Of a stretch of DNA of 64,000 nucleotides, positions 1 through 13,220 are shown piece by piece (position 1 is the stretch's first letter; each line of letters opens with the position of its first letter). The DNA comes from Candidatus Latescibacterota bacterium (GTDB taxonomy: Bacteria > Latescibacterota > UBA2968 > GCA-2709665). Where the stretch lies: assembly GCA_965208835.1 (NCBI GenBank), contig OZ242358.1:2176001-2240000 (forward strand), in the 5' to 3' direction. The notes under the pieces are model-generated. The model was not told the origin of the DNA. It did no database searches and saw only the letters and a program-made list of their open reading frames with translations. The translations under genes were made by a program, and so were the position numbers.

Positions 1-1463
1 TCGAGAAAGCCGACGTTCAGGTTGACCGCCAGCCAGGAGCGCGTTCCGGTCTCGACCCGGTCCGGCGTCTTGACATCGTCCACTTCAAACGGATCGCTTG
101 TGCGATCCAGGACGAGTGCGGCACCCACGCCGGAGCGATGCTGGTAGGAAAACTGGGTAAAGACATCCCAGAACACCGGCTCGTTTCGGGGATGCCTGGC
201 CGCGTGACGGACCTGCAGATCAAAACCCAGGACAGACCCTCCGGGTGTATTGGATTCGGCCCCCACGCCGCCGATTCGGTGCTTTCCGATCCCCTTCAAT
301 TCATCTTTTCCCCAATCGATGAAGACGGTCGACGTCACGCTGTGTCCCCCCGCCAGCGGAGGCAGTTCGACGTCCACGCCCAGATACCGCTCATTGAAGG
401 TCGTTGAAAAGCCGGGCACCAGTTCGTTTTTTCCCTTGCTGATGTTTGCCGTCAGCGTGCCCAGTCCGAATATCGAATACGTAGCTTCCACCTGATAGCC
501 CGCTTCTGCATCGGCAATCAGGGCATGGGTGGACCGGTTGAGCAGGACCGCCGCGTGTTCGCGAACCAGAGATGGGGGATCGTTGAAACTGAAGGCGAAA
601 TTTTCGTAGTCCTTGTATTCCAGGCTGAGACCCAGGTTGGAAATGCCGGCGTTTGCCGAAAGATACAACGCGTTGCCGTCCACGTGCACGTCATTCAGAC
701 CGGCGTACTCCGCGTACACGGTCGCATACCCGTCCTGAAGGCCTGATGCTTCGATAGCAGGCGTGATGTCGAGTTCCAGAAATCCCGACCATGTCCGCGT
801 CGAGTCAAACCTGGAGGCGTGATGGCTGACGGCCGTGATGCCGGTCTTGATTCGGTTGCTAGGCCGCAGCGAGACCTCGCCTCCTAGAAGCCAGTTGTCA
901 CGCCGCGGTAGGTCCCGAAGCGGATTACCCACCCGCACCGCGGGCGGAATATCACTTATTACGGGGCGGCCGACCAGGGCTTTTGCCTCGGACCGAGGTC
1001 CGGCCCAGGTGGCCATGCCACCCTCGAGGTCCCGTGACGGCGAATAGCGGCGCCGGTATTGCCCGCTTTCCAGAATGACCCCAGGTAGATCGAACGCCCT
1101 GAGCGTGATACCGCGGCCCAGGATGGCATAGTAGTTGCCCGCAACCAGCTCGACCGGTCCCCGGGTCCAGCGCAGGTGTTTCTGTGATATGTGTACGACC
1201 TGGTATTCAACCTGCGACAACGGCGAGCCGGGTGCGATACTGCGCCATGCGTTGAAGACTTCCGCTCGAAGTCCGGCCTGCAGACCGTGCCGTGTGTAGT
1301 CGACGTCGAGTTGCTCATAAAGTGATGAAACCGCCAGCGAGTCCGCTCCCGGTACGCGTCCCCGCTGGACTTCGGTCAGGCTGGATGCGGTCACCTGCGC
1401 TCCCGCCGGTTTCTCCGTCGGCAGCAGAAGGAGCATTATCAGGCTATTGATCAGCGCTCGCAT
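1..1463 (-). CDS. Secreted/outer-membrane beta-barrel-like protein, DUF6029-like (3' end runs off the window)
   Basis: Not in the ORF track (no stop in window). ATG at 1463 gives MRALINSLIMLLLLP (signal peptide); the motif GNYYAILGRGITLRAFD resembles DUF6029; both ends of the frame read as beta-strand-rich sequence (RSWLAVNLNVGFL at the window edge); overlaps the stop of the upstream TlpA gene. Confidence 0.7.
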   Translation of the reverse strand, partial: MRALINSLIMLLLLPTEKPAGAQVTASSLTEVQRGRVPGADSLAVSSLYEQLDVDYTRHGLQAGLRAEVFNAWRSIAPGSPLSQVEYQVVHISQKHLRWTRGPVELVAGNYYAILGRGITLRAFDLPGVILESGQYRRRYSPSRDLEGGMATWAGPRSEAKALVGRPVISDIPPAVRVGNPLRDLPRRDNWLLGGEVSLRPSNRIKTGITAVSHHASRFDSTRTWSGFLELDITPAIEASGLQDGYATVYAEYAGLNDVHVDGNALYLSANAGISNLGLSLEYKDYENFAFSFNDPPSLVREHAAVLLNRSTHALIADAEAGYQVEATYSIFGLGTLTANISKGKNELVPGFSTTFNERYLGVDVELPPLAGGHSVTSTVFIDWGKDELKGIGKHRIGGVGAESNTPGGSVLGFDLQVRHAARHPRNEPVFWDVFTQFSYQHRSGVGAALVLDRTSDPFEVDDVKTPDRVETGTRSWLAVNLNVGFL

Positions 1464-1977
1464 CAGTCTTCGCCTCGACGTCGGCATCGGGAAAAAGCGC
1501 TTCGACGGCAGCCAGTAACACTTCGGCGTTTTTCGAATTGTATCCGACCTGCCGCAACGCGATTTCACCATCCGGTGTGATCAGCAGCGTCGTCGGAAGT
1601 ACGTTCACCTGCATTCGCCTCATCACCGCGCTGTCCGAGTCGAGGGCGATCGGGAAACTGACCTTTCGCGCCCTGAGAAAGGGTTTCACCCGGTTCTGTC
1701 CGCGCGGACCGTCCACGTTCACGCCAAGAACCGTGAGTCCGGACTTGCCGTACTTCTCGTGAATCTTCTGGAGCTTGGGCATTGCCTTGACGCAGGGTTT
1801 GCAGTAGGTCGCCCAGAAATCCAAAAGCACCGGACCCCTTGCCAGCAGGGCCTTCAGGTTGACCCGTTCGCCCCGCAGGTTCCGGAGGTTGAAGTCGGGG
1901 GCCGAGGCGGCGTTCAGAGTCGCTGCACCCAGGAATATGGAGGCGGCAAGTGCCGCCGATTGAAAGATCGATTTCAT
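1444..1977 (-). CDS. TlpA/ResA-family thiol-disulfide oxidoreductase
   Basis: Signal peptide MKSIFQSAALAAS, then APDFNL, LLDFWATYCKPC (CxxC) and cis-Pro LPTT; GGAG upstream of the ATG at 1977. Confidence 0.9.
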   Translation of the reverse strand: MKSIFQSAALAASIFLGAATLNAASAPDFNLRNLRGERVNLKALLARGPVLLDFWATYCKPCVKAMPKLQKIHEKYGKSGLTVLGVNVDGPRGQNRVKPFLRARKVSFPIALDSDSAVMRRMQVNVLPTTLLITPDGEIALRQVGYNSKNAEVLLAAVEALFPDADVEAKTDASADQ

Positions 1978-2249
1978 CCGTGCAACGTCTCCCCGTTTCC
2001 TTAACGATTGGCGGGTATCGCGTTCTATATTGAAAAACGCCTGATGTATACACATGGTTCCAGACCCGACGTCACGAGCAAATTCCACACCGGGATGATT
2101 GCGAACCGATTAACGATAACCGAAAAAATCCGCTTCATCAAGGGCTTTCTTGCATTGTATCACAAACACCCTCAACGTGTCAAAGCGGTTTGGTGTTTGC
2201 AGATCCGGCTGGAGAAACGAAGACCACATTCCAAACGTTCCGTTTCTGC

Positions 2250-2278
2250 TTGCTGCGCATCGTCAGTCGTTCTATATT
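2250..2278 (+). promoter_or_regulatory. Putative sigma70 promoter
   Basis: TTGCTG-17 bp-TATATT upstream of the Gfo/Idh/MocA gene. Confidence 0.4.
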
Positions 2279-2437
2279 GAAGTCAATATTGTCCCTGCCG
2301 GGAGACCGCGGCGCGGACGACGCGCTCTTTGAGTCGCCGGGGTCGCGCCAGGTCCGTCGTGAAGGTCTCGGCAGCGCGACCGTGCGCAAGGCCGTTCGTG
2401 TTGCGGACGGTCGTTGAATTTTCTCGAAAGAGTCGCC

Positions 2438-3490
2438 ATGGTACACATCGGCATCATCGGTATCGGATTCATGGGGATGACCCACTATCGCGGCGCCCGC
2501 GGGGTTAAGGGCGGGAAGGTGGCGGCCCTTTGTACGAGGGACGAAAAGAAACTGCGGGGGGACTGGAGGGATATCCACGGGAACTTCGGGGACCCCGGCG
2601 GTATCGAGGACCTGTCGGGCATACGAACATATCGGCAGATCGACGAACTGCTGGCCGATCCCGGAATCGATCTCGTGAACATCTGCCTGCCGTCGGTGAT
2701 GCACAAAGACGTGACAATAGCGGCGCTGCGGGCAGGAAAGCATGTATTGCTTGAGAAGCCGATCGCATTGAATCCGAAGGACGCCGACCGGATGGTTCAG
2801 GAGGCGGCAACTGCCGGACGCTCTCTGATGGTAGCGCATGTTCTTCCTTTTTTTCCGGAGTTCGCCTATGCACGGAAGGTCGTCGCGGGCGGCGAGTATG
2901 GAGCGTTATTGGGCGCACATTTCAAGCGTATTATCTCGCAGCCGGACTGGTCTTCGGAATTCAGTGACGTGGAACGGAGCGGCGGGCCGGGTGTTGACCT
3001 GCACATCCACGATACCCATTACATTCTGCTGCTTTGCGGCGTACCCGACCGCGTATCGTCCACCGGACGGCTGGTGAATGACCATTATGCGGAGTATCTG
3101 TGTACGAGCTACAGATACCTCGATCGGCCGGATGTAAGCATAACCTGCGCTTCGGGTGCGATTTCCCAACCCGGACGCGCGTTTGCCCACGGCTTCGAAA
3201 TCTACCTCGAAGAGGCGACGTTGATTTACGAATTCGCCACACTTGGCGACAAGCCGGTCCTGTCCACCCCTCTAACGCTGCTTACCGCAGACAGAAAGGT
3301 CCGGAAGCCAAGGCTTGGTTCCGGAGACCCCGTGGTGGCGTTTACACGGGAAATTCAGGCTGCCGTGGATGAAGTGGTGAAAGGGGTCCCTGCCGAGGCG
3401 CTTTCCGGAGCTCGGGCGGCGGACGCGCTCCGGCTCTGTTTCAAGGAAGTTCAGTCCGTGCGTCGCGGCCGGGCGGTGCGGGTAAGATGA
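2438..3490 (+). CDS. Gfo/Idh/MocA-family NAD(P)-dependent oxidoreductase
   Basis: IGIIGIGFMG Rossmann motif, GKHVLLEKP and DLHIHD motifs. Confidence 0.92.
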   Translation: MVHIGIIGIGFMGMTHYRGARGVKGGKVAALCTRDEKKLRGDWRDIHGNFGDPGGIEDLSGIRTYRQIDELLADPGIDLVNICLPSVMHKDVTIAALRAGKHVLLEKPIALNPKDADRMVQEAATAGRSLMVAHVLPFFPEFAYARKVVAGGEYGALLGAHFKRIISQPDWSSEFSDVERSGGPGVDLHIHDTHYILLLCGVPDRVSSTGRLVNDHYAEYLCTSYRYLDRPDVSITCASGAISQPGRAFAHGFEIYLEEATLIYEFATLGDKPVLSTPLTLLTADRKVRKPRLGSGDPVVAFTREIQAAVDEVVKGVPAEALSGARAADALRLCFKEVQSVRRGRAVRVR

Positions 3491-3548
3491 GAATCAGACG
3501 AGGGTAGGGAGGAGGGCGCCGGATAGAAGGAGTACCACCGGTGCGGAG

Positions 3549-3590
3549 AAAAAAAACGAGCGGGCGGCCTGCGACAGGCCGCCCGCTCGT
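3549..3590 (-). terminator. Rho-independent terminator (probably bidirectional)
   Basis: Perfect hairpin ACGAGCGGGCGGCCTG-CGA-CAGGCCGCCCGCTCGT with an A-run on + (U-tail on -), between convergent genes. Confidence 0.85.
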
Positions 3591-3649
3591 CTATATGGAC
3601 GGGAAGCGCGTATCCTGTTGCGAAATGGGTGGAAACGGCGAAGTACCGC

Positions 3650-5125
3650 CTAGTTCCTGAACGCGAAATCGACCGGTTTGCCCTGTGCGAACTCCGCTTC
3701 GACATTGCCAAGGCCGAAAAGGGTCGCTGAAAGGTCTTTCGGCGACAGGGGTTCGGCTACGCGCGTACCGGCGGGCATATCGGGTCCCACGAGCAGCGCA
3801 CGTCCGGCAGCGGCGTCGAGTACCGCCAGGGTCGTGCGATTCCGGTACCGGTGGTGCCCCTGCACGATTTCCCGGATTTGCTCGATTGTCGCACGGCTGT
3901 CGGTTCCGTCGGCGAGTTGAAGAAGCAGGAGATCAGGCTGAGCTCTTGGCAGGCAAGCAATCGCCAGAGATGCCAGAAAGCTGTTCTTCAGTTCCAGATT
4001 CCTGTCGGACGATAACAGGGTTCTGACGATCAGGCGCGAAAGGACTTTGTTTTTTACGTTCTTGGTGATTTTTAGTTTCTTGGGGTCGAGGGTCGGATAG
4101 ACGACGTTTTCGATGAACGCCTGCGACCTCCCTTCCGAGCGCGCTTCGCCAAGTGCTTGGCGGACGGTTTCCGCCGCCCCGGTCAACGACGAGGCCCGCA
4201 CGCTCAGTGGGCCGAATTTCCTGTATTTCCTGTGCGTGCTGCGCTCCGGCGGGGCGCTGTCGTCCATATAGAGAGCCAGCGTGCGGGCGCGTGTCTTGTC
4301 CTTATTCGCGCGATTGTGATACTCGAACAGAGTCGGGTGTGCGAGCTTGTCGCCCTTCAGCGCGTCGTCGCGTCCCGTCAACAGGGTGGCCAGCCATCGT
4401 TTTGCCGGAGTGGGGGCGGGCGTGGTCTGCAGCAGGGTTCCCTGAGCGATCAGGCTGTCGTTGAACGTTGAATCGGATGTTCCGTATTGCCCTGGCATGA
4501 TCGCAATCGCCAGAAGCGCAGGGGGAAAGTCCACATCCCTGTATACGAACCGATTGAACGCGGTTTCGATTCTTGCCCACTGTTCGGGCAGGATCTGTAT
4601 GTCGGGACTTAGACGCCTCTGCTGCGGGGGACCGCCGCGTTGGCCCATTCCCCCGCGCCGGCCAGAACCCTGTCGCCGTCCAATTCCCTGCCGGTCGCCC
4701 GGGTCGCGAAGTTGCCGGGGGCCCCGTCGTCGCGCGAAGATGCCTGCGATTGCCTCGCCGAACGCCTCCCGCAAGTCGCCATCCGACACGTCGCCGGCCC
4801 TATCGAAAAACAGTCTGAATCGCTCCTTCTCCCGAGGGAAGAAATCGTCCCAGTTTTTTAACGAGCCCAGTACAAAAGACCTTATGGGGAAGGGCAGCCG
4901 GTTGAACGTCTCCTCGTTCCCCTTCACCAGGTCGTAGGCGCCCGAGGGGAGATCAGAGTACTGGTCGTTGCGAATCGGACTGAGATCGACGCCGCCTCCT
5001 CCGCCTCGTCTCCGTCCGCCTCCTCCCCCTCTCTGCGCAAGCACGTCCTCACAGGCAATCAACAGGACAAGCAGGGTTGCCACGATCGATACCATCCCTC
5101 GCGAGGACTTCTGAAAAACTGGCAT
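3650..5125 (-). CDS. Hypothetical secreted protein with Gly/Arg-rich segments; C-terminus resembles the alkaline-phosphatase/sulfatase fold
   Basis: 491-aa ORF with hydrophobic signal (VATLLVLLIAC); C-terminal LLVGPD...DLSATL...GKPV pattern typical of AlkP-superfamily ends. Confidence 0.6.
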   Translation of the reverse strand: MPVFQKSSRGMVSIVATLLVLLIACEDVLAQRGGGGGRRRGGGGGVDLSPIRNDQYSDLPSGAYDLVKGNEETFNRLPFPIRSFVLGSLKNWDDFFPREKERFRLFFDRAGDVSDGDLREAFGEAIAGIFARRRGPRQLRDPGDRQGIGRRQGSGRRGGMGQRGGPPQQRRLSPDIQILPEQWARIETAFNRFVYRDVDFPPALLAIAIMPGQYGTSDSTFNDSLIAQGTLLQTTPAPTPAKRWLATLLTGRDDALKGDKLAHPTLFEYHNRANKDKTRARTLALYMDDSAPPERSTHRKYRKFGPLSVRASSLTGAAETVRQALGEARSEGRSQAFIENVVYPTLDPKKLKITKNVKNKVLSRLIVRTLLSSDRNLELKNSFLASLAIACLPRAQPDLLLLQLADGTDSRATIEQIREIVQGHHRYRNRTTLAVLDAAAGRALLVGPDMPAGTRVAEPLSPKDLSATLFGLGNVEAEFAQGKPVDFAFRN

Positions 5126-5299
5126 ATATCGCCTCCCCGGGCGAATGTAAAAGACTGACAGACCTGATTGAATATGGCGCGTACCCTGTATCGCGTCTGA
5201 ATCCCTGGGCCTCGCGGGTTCGGTTTCGCCAGTGTCAGGATCCTCCGTGCCGGCGTAATCTAGTATTGTACCAAGCTTGAATCACGCCGCGACGATCGT

Positions 5300-6076
5300 T
5301 CAGAGGTGTGTTCGAAGCCACTGGATGATCTCCGCCCGGGCGTCCGGGTTGTTCAGCAGAGCCAGACCGTTGGCCGCGCCCTGATATCCGCTGACCCGGA
5401 CGGGCTCCAGGGTTTCCCGGGCTAGCAATTCGGACGACGTGAACGTATATCCGTCGCCGTGTGAGGCCATGAACAGGATCGACCGGGGCTTGAAGCCCTC
5501 GACGTCGGTGCCCAGCAGAATGTCCTGTCTGAGCCGCGTGATGAGAGAGATGGCCACAGCCGTCTTTACGTCCGGATTCGTGCCCGAACTGACGTACGCG
5601 ATATTGGCGCCAAGCGCCGCGCCAACCAGCCCGATACGCGTGGCATCCACGTCGGCGCGGCGCTTCAGCCAGCCGATGGCGCCTTCTACGTCGAGCGGCA
5701 TGCTGTTGAAGTCTTCGATCTGGAACCTGCTCCGCGGAGAGTAAACGTCATCATGAAACGTGCTCCGGCCATGACCTCTTACGTCGTAGGCCAGCACGTG
5801 GAATCCCGCGTCCGTCAGGTCCGGCACGAAAGGTACCCAGATGCCGAGATCCTCGTCGTAGGGGTGGATGAGGACAACAGCGGGCCGGCGCCCCGTCTGA
5901 CGGTTGGAGGTGAACCAGGCCGCGAAGATGTTGAAGCCGTCCGGTGTATTGAACGAAACCGTCTCGCCCGTAACCAGTTCCGGAGGAGTCGAAACCTCGT
6001 TGTCCGTGGGCTGTTTGCCGCATTGCATCGCGAACAGCGCGATCGTCAGTACGGCCAGATATGCGCGTGGCGCCAT
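5300..6076 (-). CDS. Alpha/beta-hydrolase-fold probable lipoprotein with degenerate catalytic residues
   Basis: Signal ending FAMQC; VVLIH, YDVRGHGRS; nucleophile elbow reads GAALG; His position reads GAANG. Confidence 0.85.
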   Translation of the reverse strand: MAPRAYLAVLTIALFAMQCGKQPTDNEVSTPPELVTGETVSFNTPDGFNIFAAWFTSNRQTGRRPAVVLIHPYDEDLGIWVPFVPDLTDAGFHVLAYDVRGHGRSTFHDDVYSPRSRFQIEDFNSMPLDVEGAIGWLKRRADVDATRIGLVGAALGANIAYVSSGTNPDVKTAVAISLITRLRQDILLGTDVEGFKPRSILFMASHGDGYTFTSSELLARETLEPVRVSGYQGAANGLALLNNPDARAEIIQWLRTHL

Positions 6077-6533
6077 GTCCGGAATTTCCTTCGATCAAAG
6101 GATCAATGCGTTCGCGTCCTGGATAAATTAACGACATCATGTACTCAAAAACAAGAGGGTAGTTTATGCCGCTCGAGGGCGTTGCGGCATCGCCGAAGAA
6201 TCGATCGCGTACTTCGGAGGGAGACCAGGGTGTCGTCCGCGCAGGGCGACGTGAAGCACACAACATCTGTCCTGGCGCCGCCGGTTGCCTGCCCTCCTCG
6301 CCTTCTTCGAACGTACGATTCCGGGAAGACTCCTGTATAAACGGACCGGAAAGGGTCAAGGGGATGCCGGGCTCGCTCGGCGGGCAAACGAAATGTCCAC
6401 GGGTGGGCATTTACGCTTGCGGTTACGTAGATTAGACAATAACTTAGAACTATTCGTTCCGTACAGGGCCTGCCCCGGTGCGGTCATCAGGCTGCCGGGA
6501 ATATCCAACCGAGTTGGCTGAGGGAGATCAAAG

Positions 6534-7304
6534 ATGCATAGTTTCGGCTTTTTCTGGAAGGTTGCTATCGTGCTGGTTGCCGCAATAACGGTCACTGACG
6601 GGAGCGTCGCCGCGCGAAAGGCTTCCACCAGGCGCAACAGTGTGGGAATGGAGTTCGTCCTGGTTCCTGCGGGTGAGTTTCGCATGGGTTCCACAAGTGA
6701 AGACGCCGGAGAGAACGAGAAGCCGCTGACGTCAGTGACCATCAGCCGGGCGTTTTACATTGGAAAGCATGAAGTCACACAGAAGCAATGGGCGAAGGTG
6801 ATGGGGACCAATCCGTCGGACTTCAATGACTGCCCGGATTGTCCGGTCGAACAGGTATCGTGGAACGACGCACAGGCTTTTATCCGTACGCTGAACGCAA
6901 TGGAGGACTCCAAGCGGTATCGGCTGCCAACAGAAGCAGAGTGGGAATACGCCGCGCGGGGCGGAACAGGCGGCGACCGGTACAGCGCGGATTTGAATGC
7001 GATCGCGTGGTACGACAAGAACTGTAACGAACGCCCACATAAAGTGGGGAAGAAGGCACCGAACGCCTACGGCCTTTTTGACATGCTGGGAAACGTCTAC
7101 GAATGGGTACAGGACTGGAAGGGGCCGTACACCGGTGAAAAGGCCACGGATCCGAAGGGGCCCGCCCGCGGAAAGTTCCGGATGATCCGCGGCGGTAGCT
7201 GGGAGACCGGCGCGAAGAGTTGCAGGGCCCCGCATCGTCTCGACGCGTCACCCGGATTCCGGATCCATGCGGTGGGTTTACGGATTCTGATGGAGAAGAG
7301 GTAG
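6534..7304 (+). CDS. FGE-sulfatase (SUMF1/EgtB/PvdO) domain protein, secreted
   Basis: GEFRMGS, HEVTQ, PVEQVSW, RLPTEAEWEYAARGG, NAYGLFDMLGNVYEW and RGGSW motifs; signal peptide. Confidence 0.92.
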   Translation: MHSFGFFWKVAIVLVAAITVTDGSVAARKASTRRNSVGMEFVLVPAGEFRMGSTSEDAGENEKPLTSVTISRAFYIGKHEVTQKQWAKVMGTNPSDFNDCPDCPVEQVSWNDAQAFIRTLNAMEDSKRYRLPTEAEWEYAARGGTGGDRYSADLNAIAWYDKNCNERPHKVGKKAPNAYGLFDMLGNVYEWVQDWKGPYTGEKATDPKGPARGKFRMIRGGSWETGAKSCRAPHRLDASPGFRIHAVGLRILMEKR

Positions 7305-7493
7305 TCTGAATGCGGCTTCAATCGGCCGGACGCATGGGTGTTCACGGACCGGCGGCCTGTTGGCAAATCGGAGTGCCGCGGGGTGAGAACGTCACGGCGG
7401 CGCAGCGGAATTTCGGGGAAGCTCGCGGACGGGAACGTCCAGGAGTCAGATACCGTCGCAAAACGGCGTTTTCGTGTAGAACGCAAAAAACAC

Positions 7494-7522
7494 TTGACAT
7501 CGATTTGCCGTTTATCTAAATT
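7494..7522 (+). promoter_or_regulatory. rRNA operon sigma70 promoter
   Basis: TTGACA-17 bp-TAAATT preceded by an A-tract, about 140 bp before the 16S gene. Confidence 0.8.
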
Positions 7523-7551
7523 TGGAGACTTCCGCTAAAGCGGAGTTTCGC

Positions 7552-7564
7552 TGTTCTTTGACAA
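7552..7564 (+). promoter_or_regulatory. rrn antitermination boxA (leader)
   Basis: TGTTCTTTGACAA; an identical copy lies in the spacer at 9543-9555. Confidence 0.75.
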
Positions 7565-7661
7565 TCGAATAACGTGCATGAGTATGCCCGACTGGTATAC
7601 CCAGGTCTCGTACCTGGATCTTACGGTGTGAAAACCCCGAATTCGGGGTCTGATATTTATT

Positions 7662-9224
<1,563 letters not shown>

Positions 9225-9333
9225 GGGAGACACGGCATAACGTCATTTATGACGGTTGTGTCTACTCTAAGGTCAATTACCGTTGGGACTCTCATGCACG
9301 TTATTTGATTGTTGAAGGGCCACGGCGGATTTG

Positions 9334-9410
<77 letters not shown>

Positions 9411-9431
9411 AAGAATATTCTCGCATTTTCC

Positions 9432-9507
9432 GGGGATATAGCTCAGCTGGGAGAGCGCAGCCTTTGCAAGGCTGAGGTCACCGGTTCGATCCCGGTTATC
9501 TCCACCA
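9432..9507 (+). tRNA. tRNA-Ala (TGC)
   Basis: GGGGATA/TATCTCC stem with G3:U70, anticodon loop TTTGCAA, GGTTCGATCC, encoded CCA. Confidence 0.98.
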
Positions 9508-9542
9508 AAGACACAAGAAAACCGGGTGACGCGAGTCCCCGT

Positions 9543-9555
9543 TGTTCTTTGACAA
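9543..9555 (+). promoter_or_regulatory. rrn spacer boxA
   Basis: TGTTCTTTGACAA, identical to the leader copy. Confidence 0.75.
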
Positions 9556-9788
9556 CCGAATACGGAACATGAAAGCCCATATGGATCGGTTTATTTCCAT
9601 ATGGACTTTCTGGGTATGCTGCAATTTAGCATAGCCGATCTCGTTCACTAAGCTGTCTGAAAGCCCGTTTTCAGCCTGAGAGGGCAGCGGAGATCTTTAC
9701 CGTCTGCCTTGCTCAAGGCGCATTGAAACCGGGGACAGCTTCCGTGGATTGGGCAGAACACACGTGTGATCTGCCGGGAACCTGTTTT

Positions 9789-12821
<3,033 letters not shown>

Positions 12822-12900
12822 ATTAATGGTTTCTCGGCGGATCGTGCGTGCGTTTTGTTTGCAGCGAGATCCTGTTCCGTATTCGGTTGTCCGTTTTGTT

Positions 12901-13020
<120 letters not shown>

Positions 13021-13024
13021 ACTA

Positions 13025-13070
13025 CAACAGGGTCCGGGATTCGAACGAATCCCGGACCCTGTTGACGTTT
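13025..13070 (+). terminator. rrn operon terminator hairpin
   Basis: CAACAGGGTCCGGGATTCG-AA-CGAATCCCGGACCCTGTTG followed by ACGTTTT. Confidence 0.8.
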
Positions 13071-13220
13071 TGGCGCGAAGAAAGACTTGACAGGCGTGAA
13101 CGTTCTGTATTAATTGTTCGTTTCGCGCCTGAATGAAACATCCGATTTGCATTCGGGTCGATGGCGCTTGCGGGCGATGGACACGCCGGTACTTTTTTGT
13201 GTCTTTACAGGAGGAGGCGC

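Noticed and set aside
6534-7304. True formylglycine-generating enzyme
   Set aside because: Lacks the two-Cys catalytic loop after RGGS (reads RGGSWETGAKSCR); domain-level call only.
13087-13116. sigma70 promoter for fusA
   Set aside because: TTGACA is present but no good -10 at 16-18 bp spacing; too weak to call.
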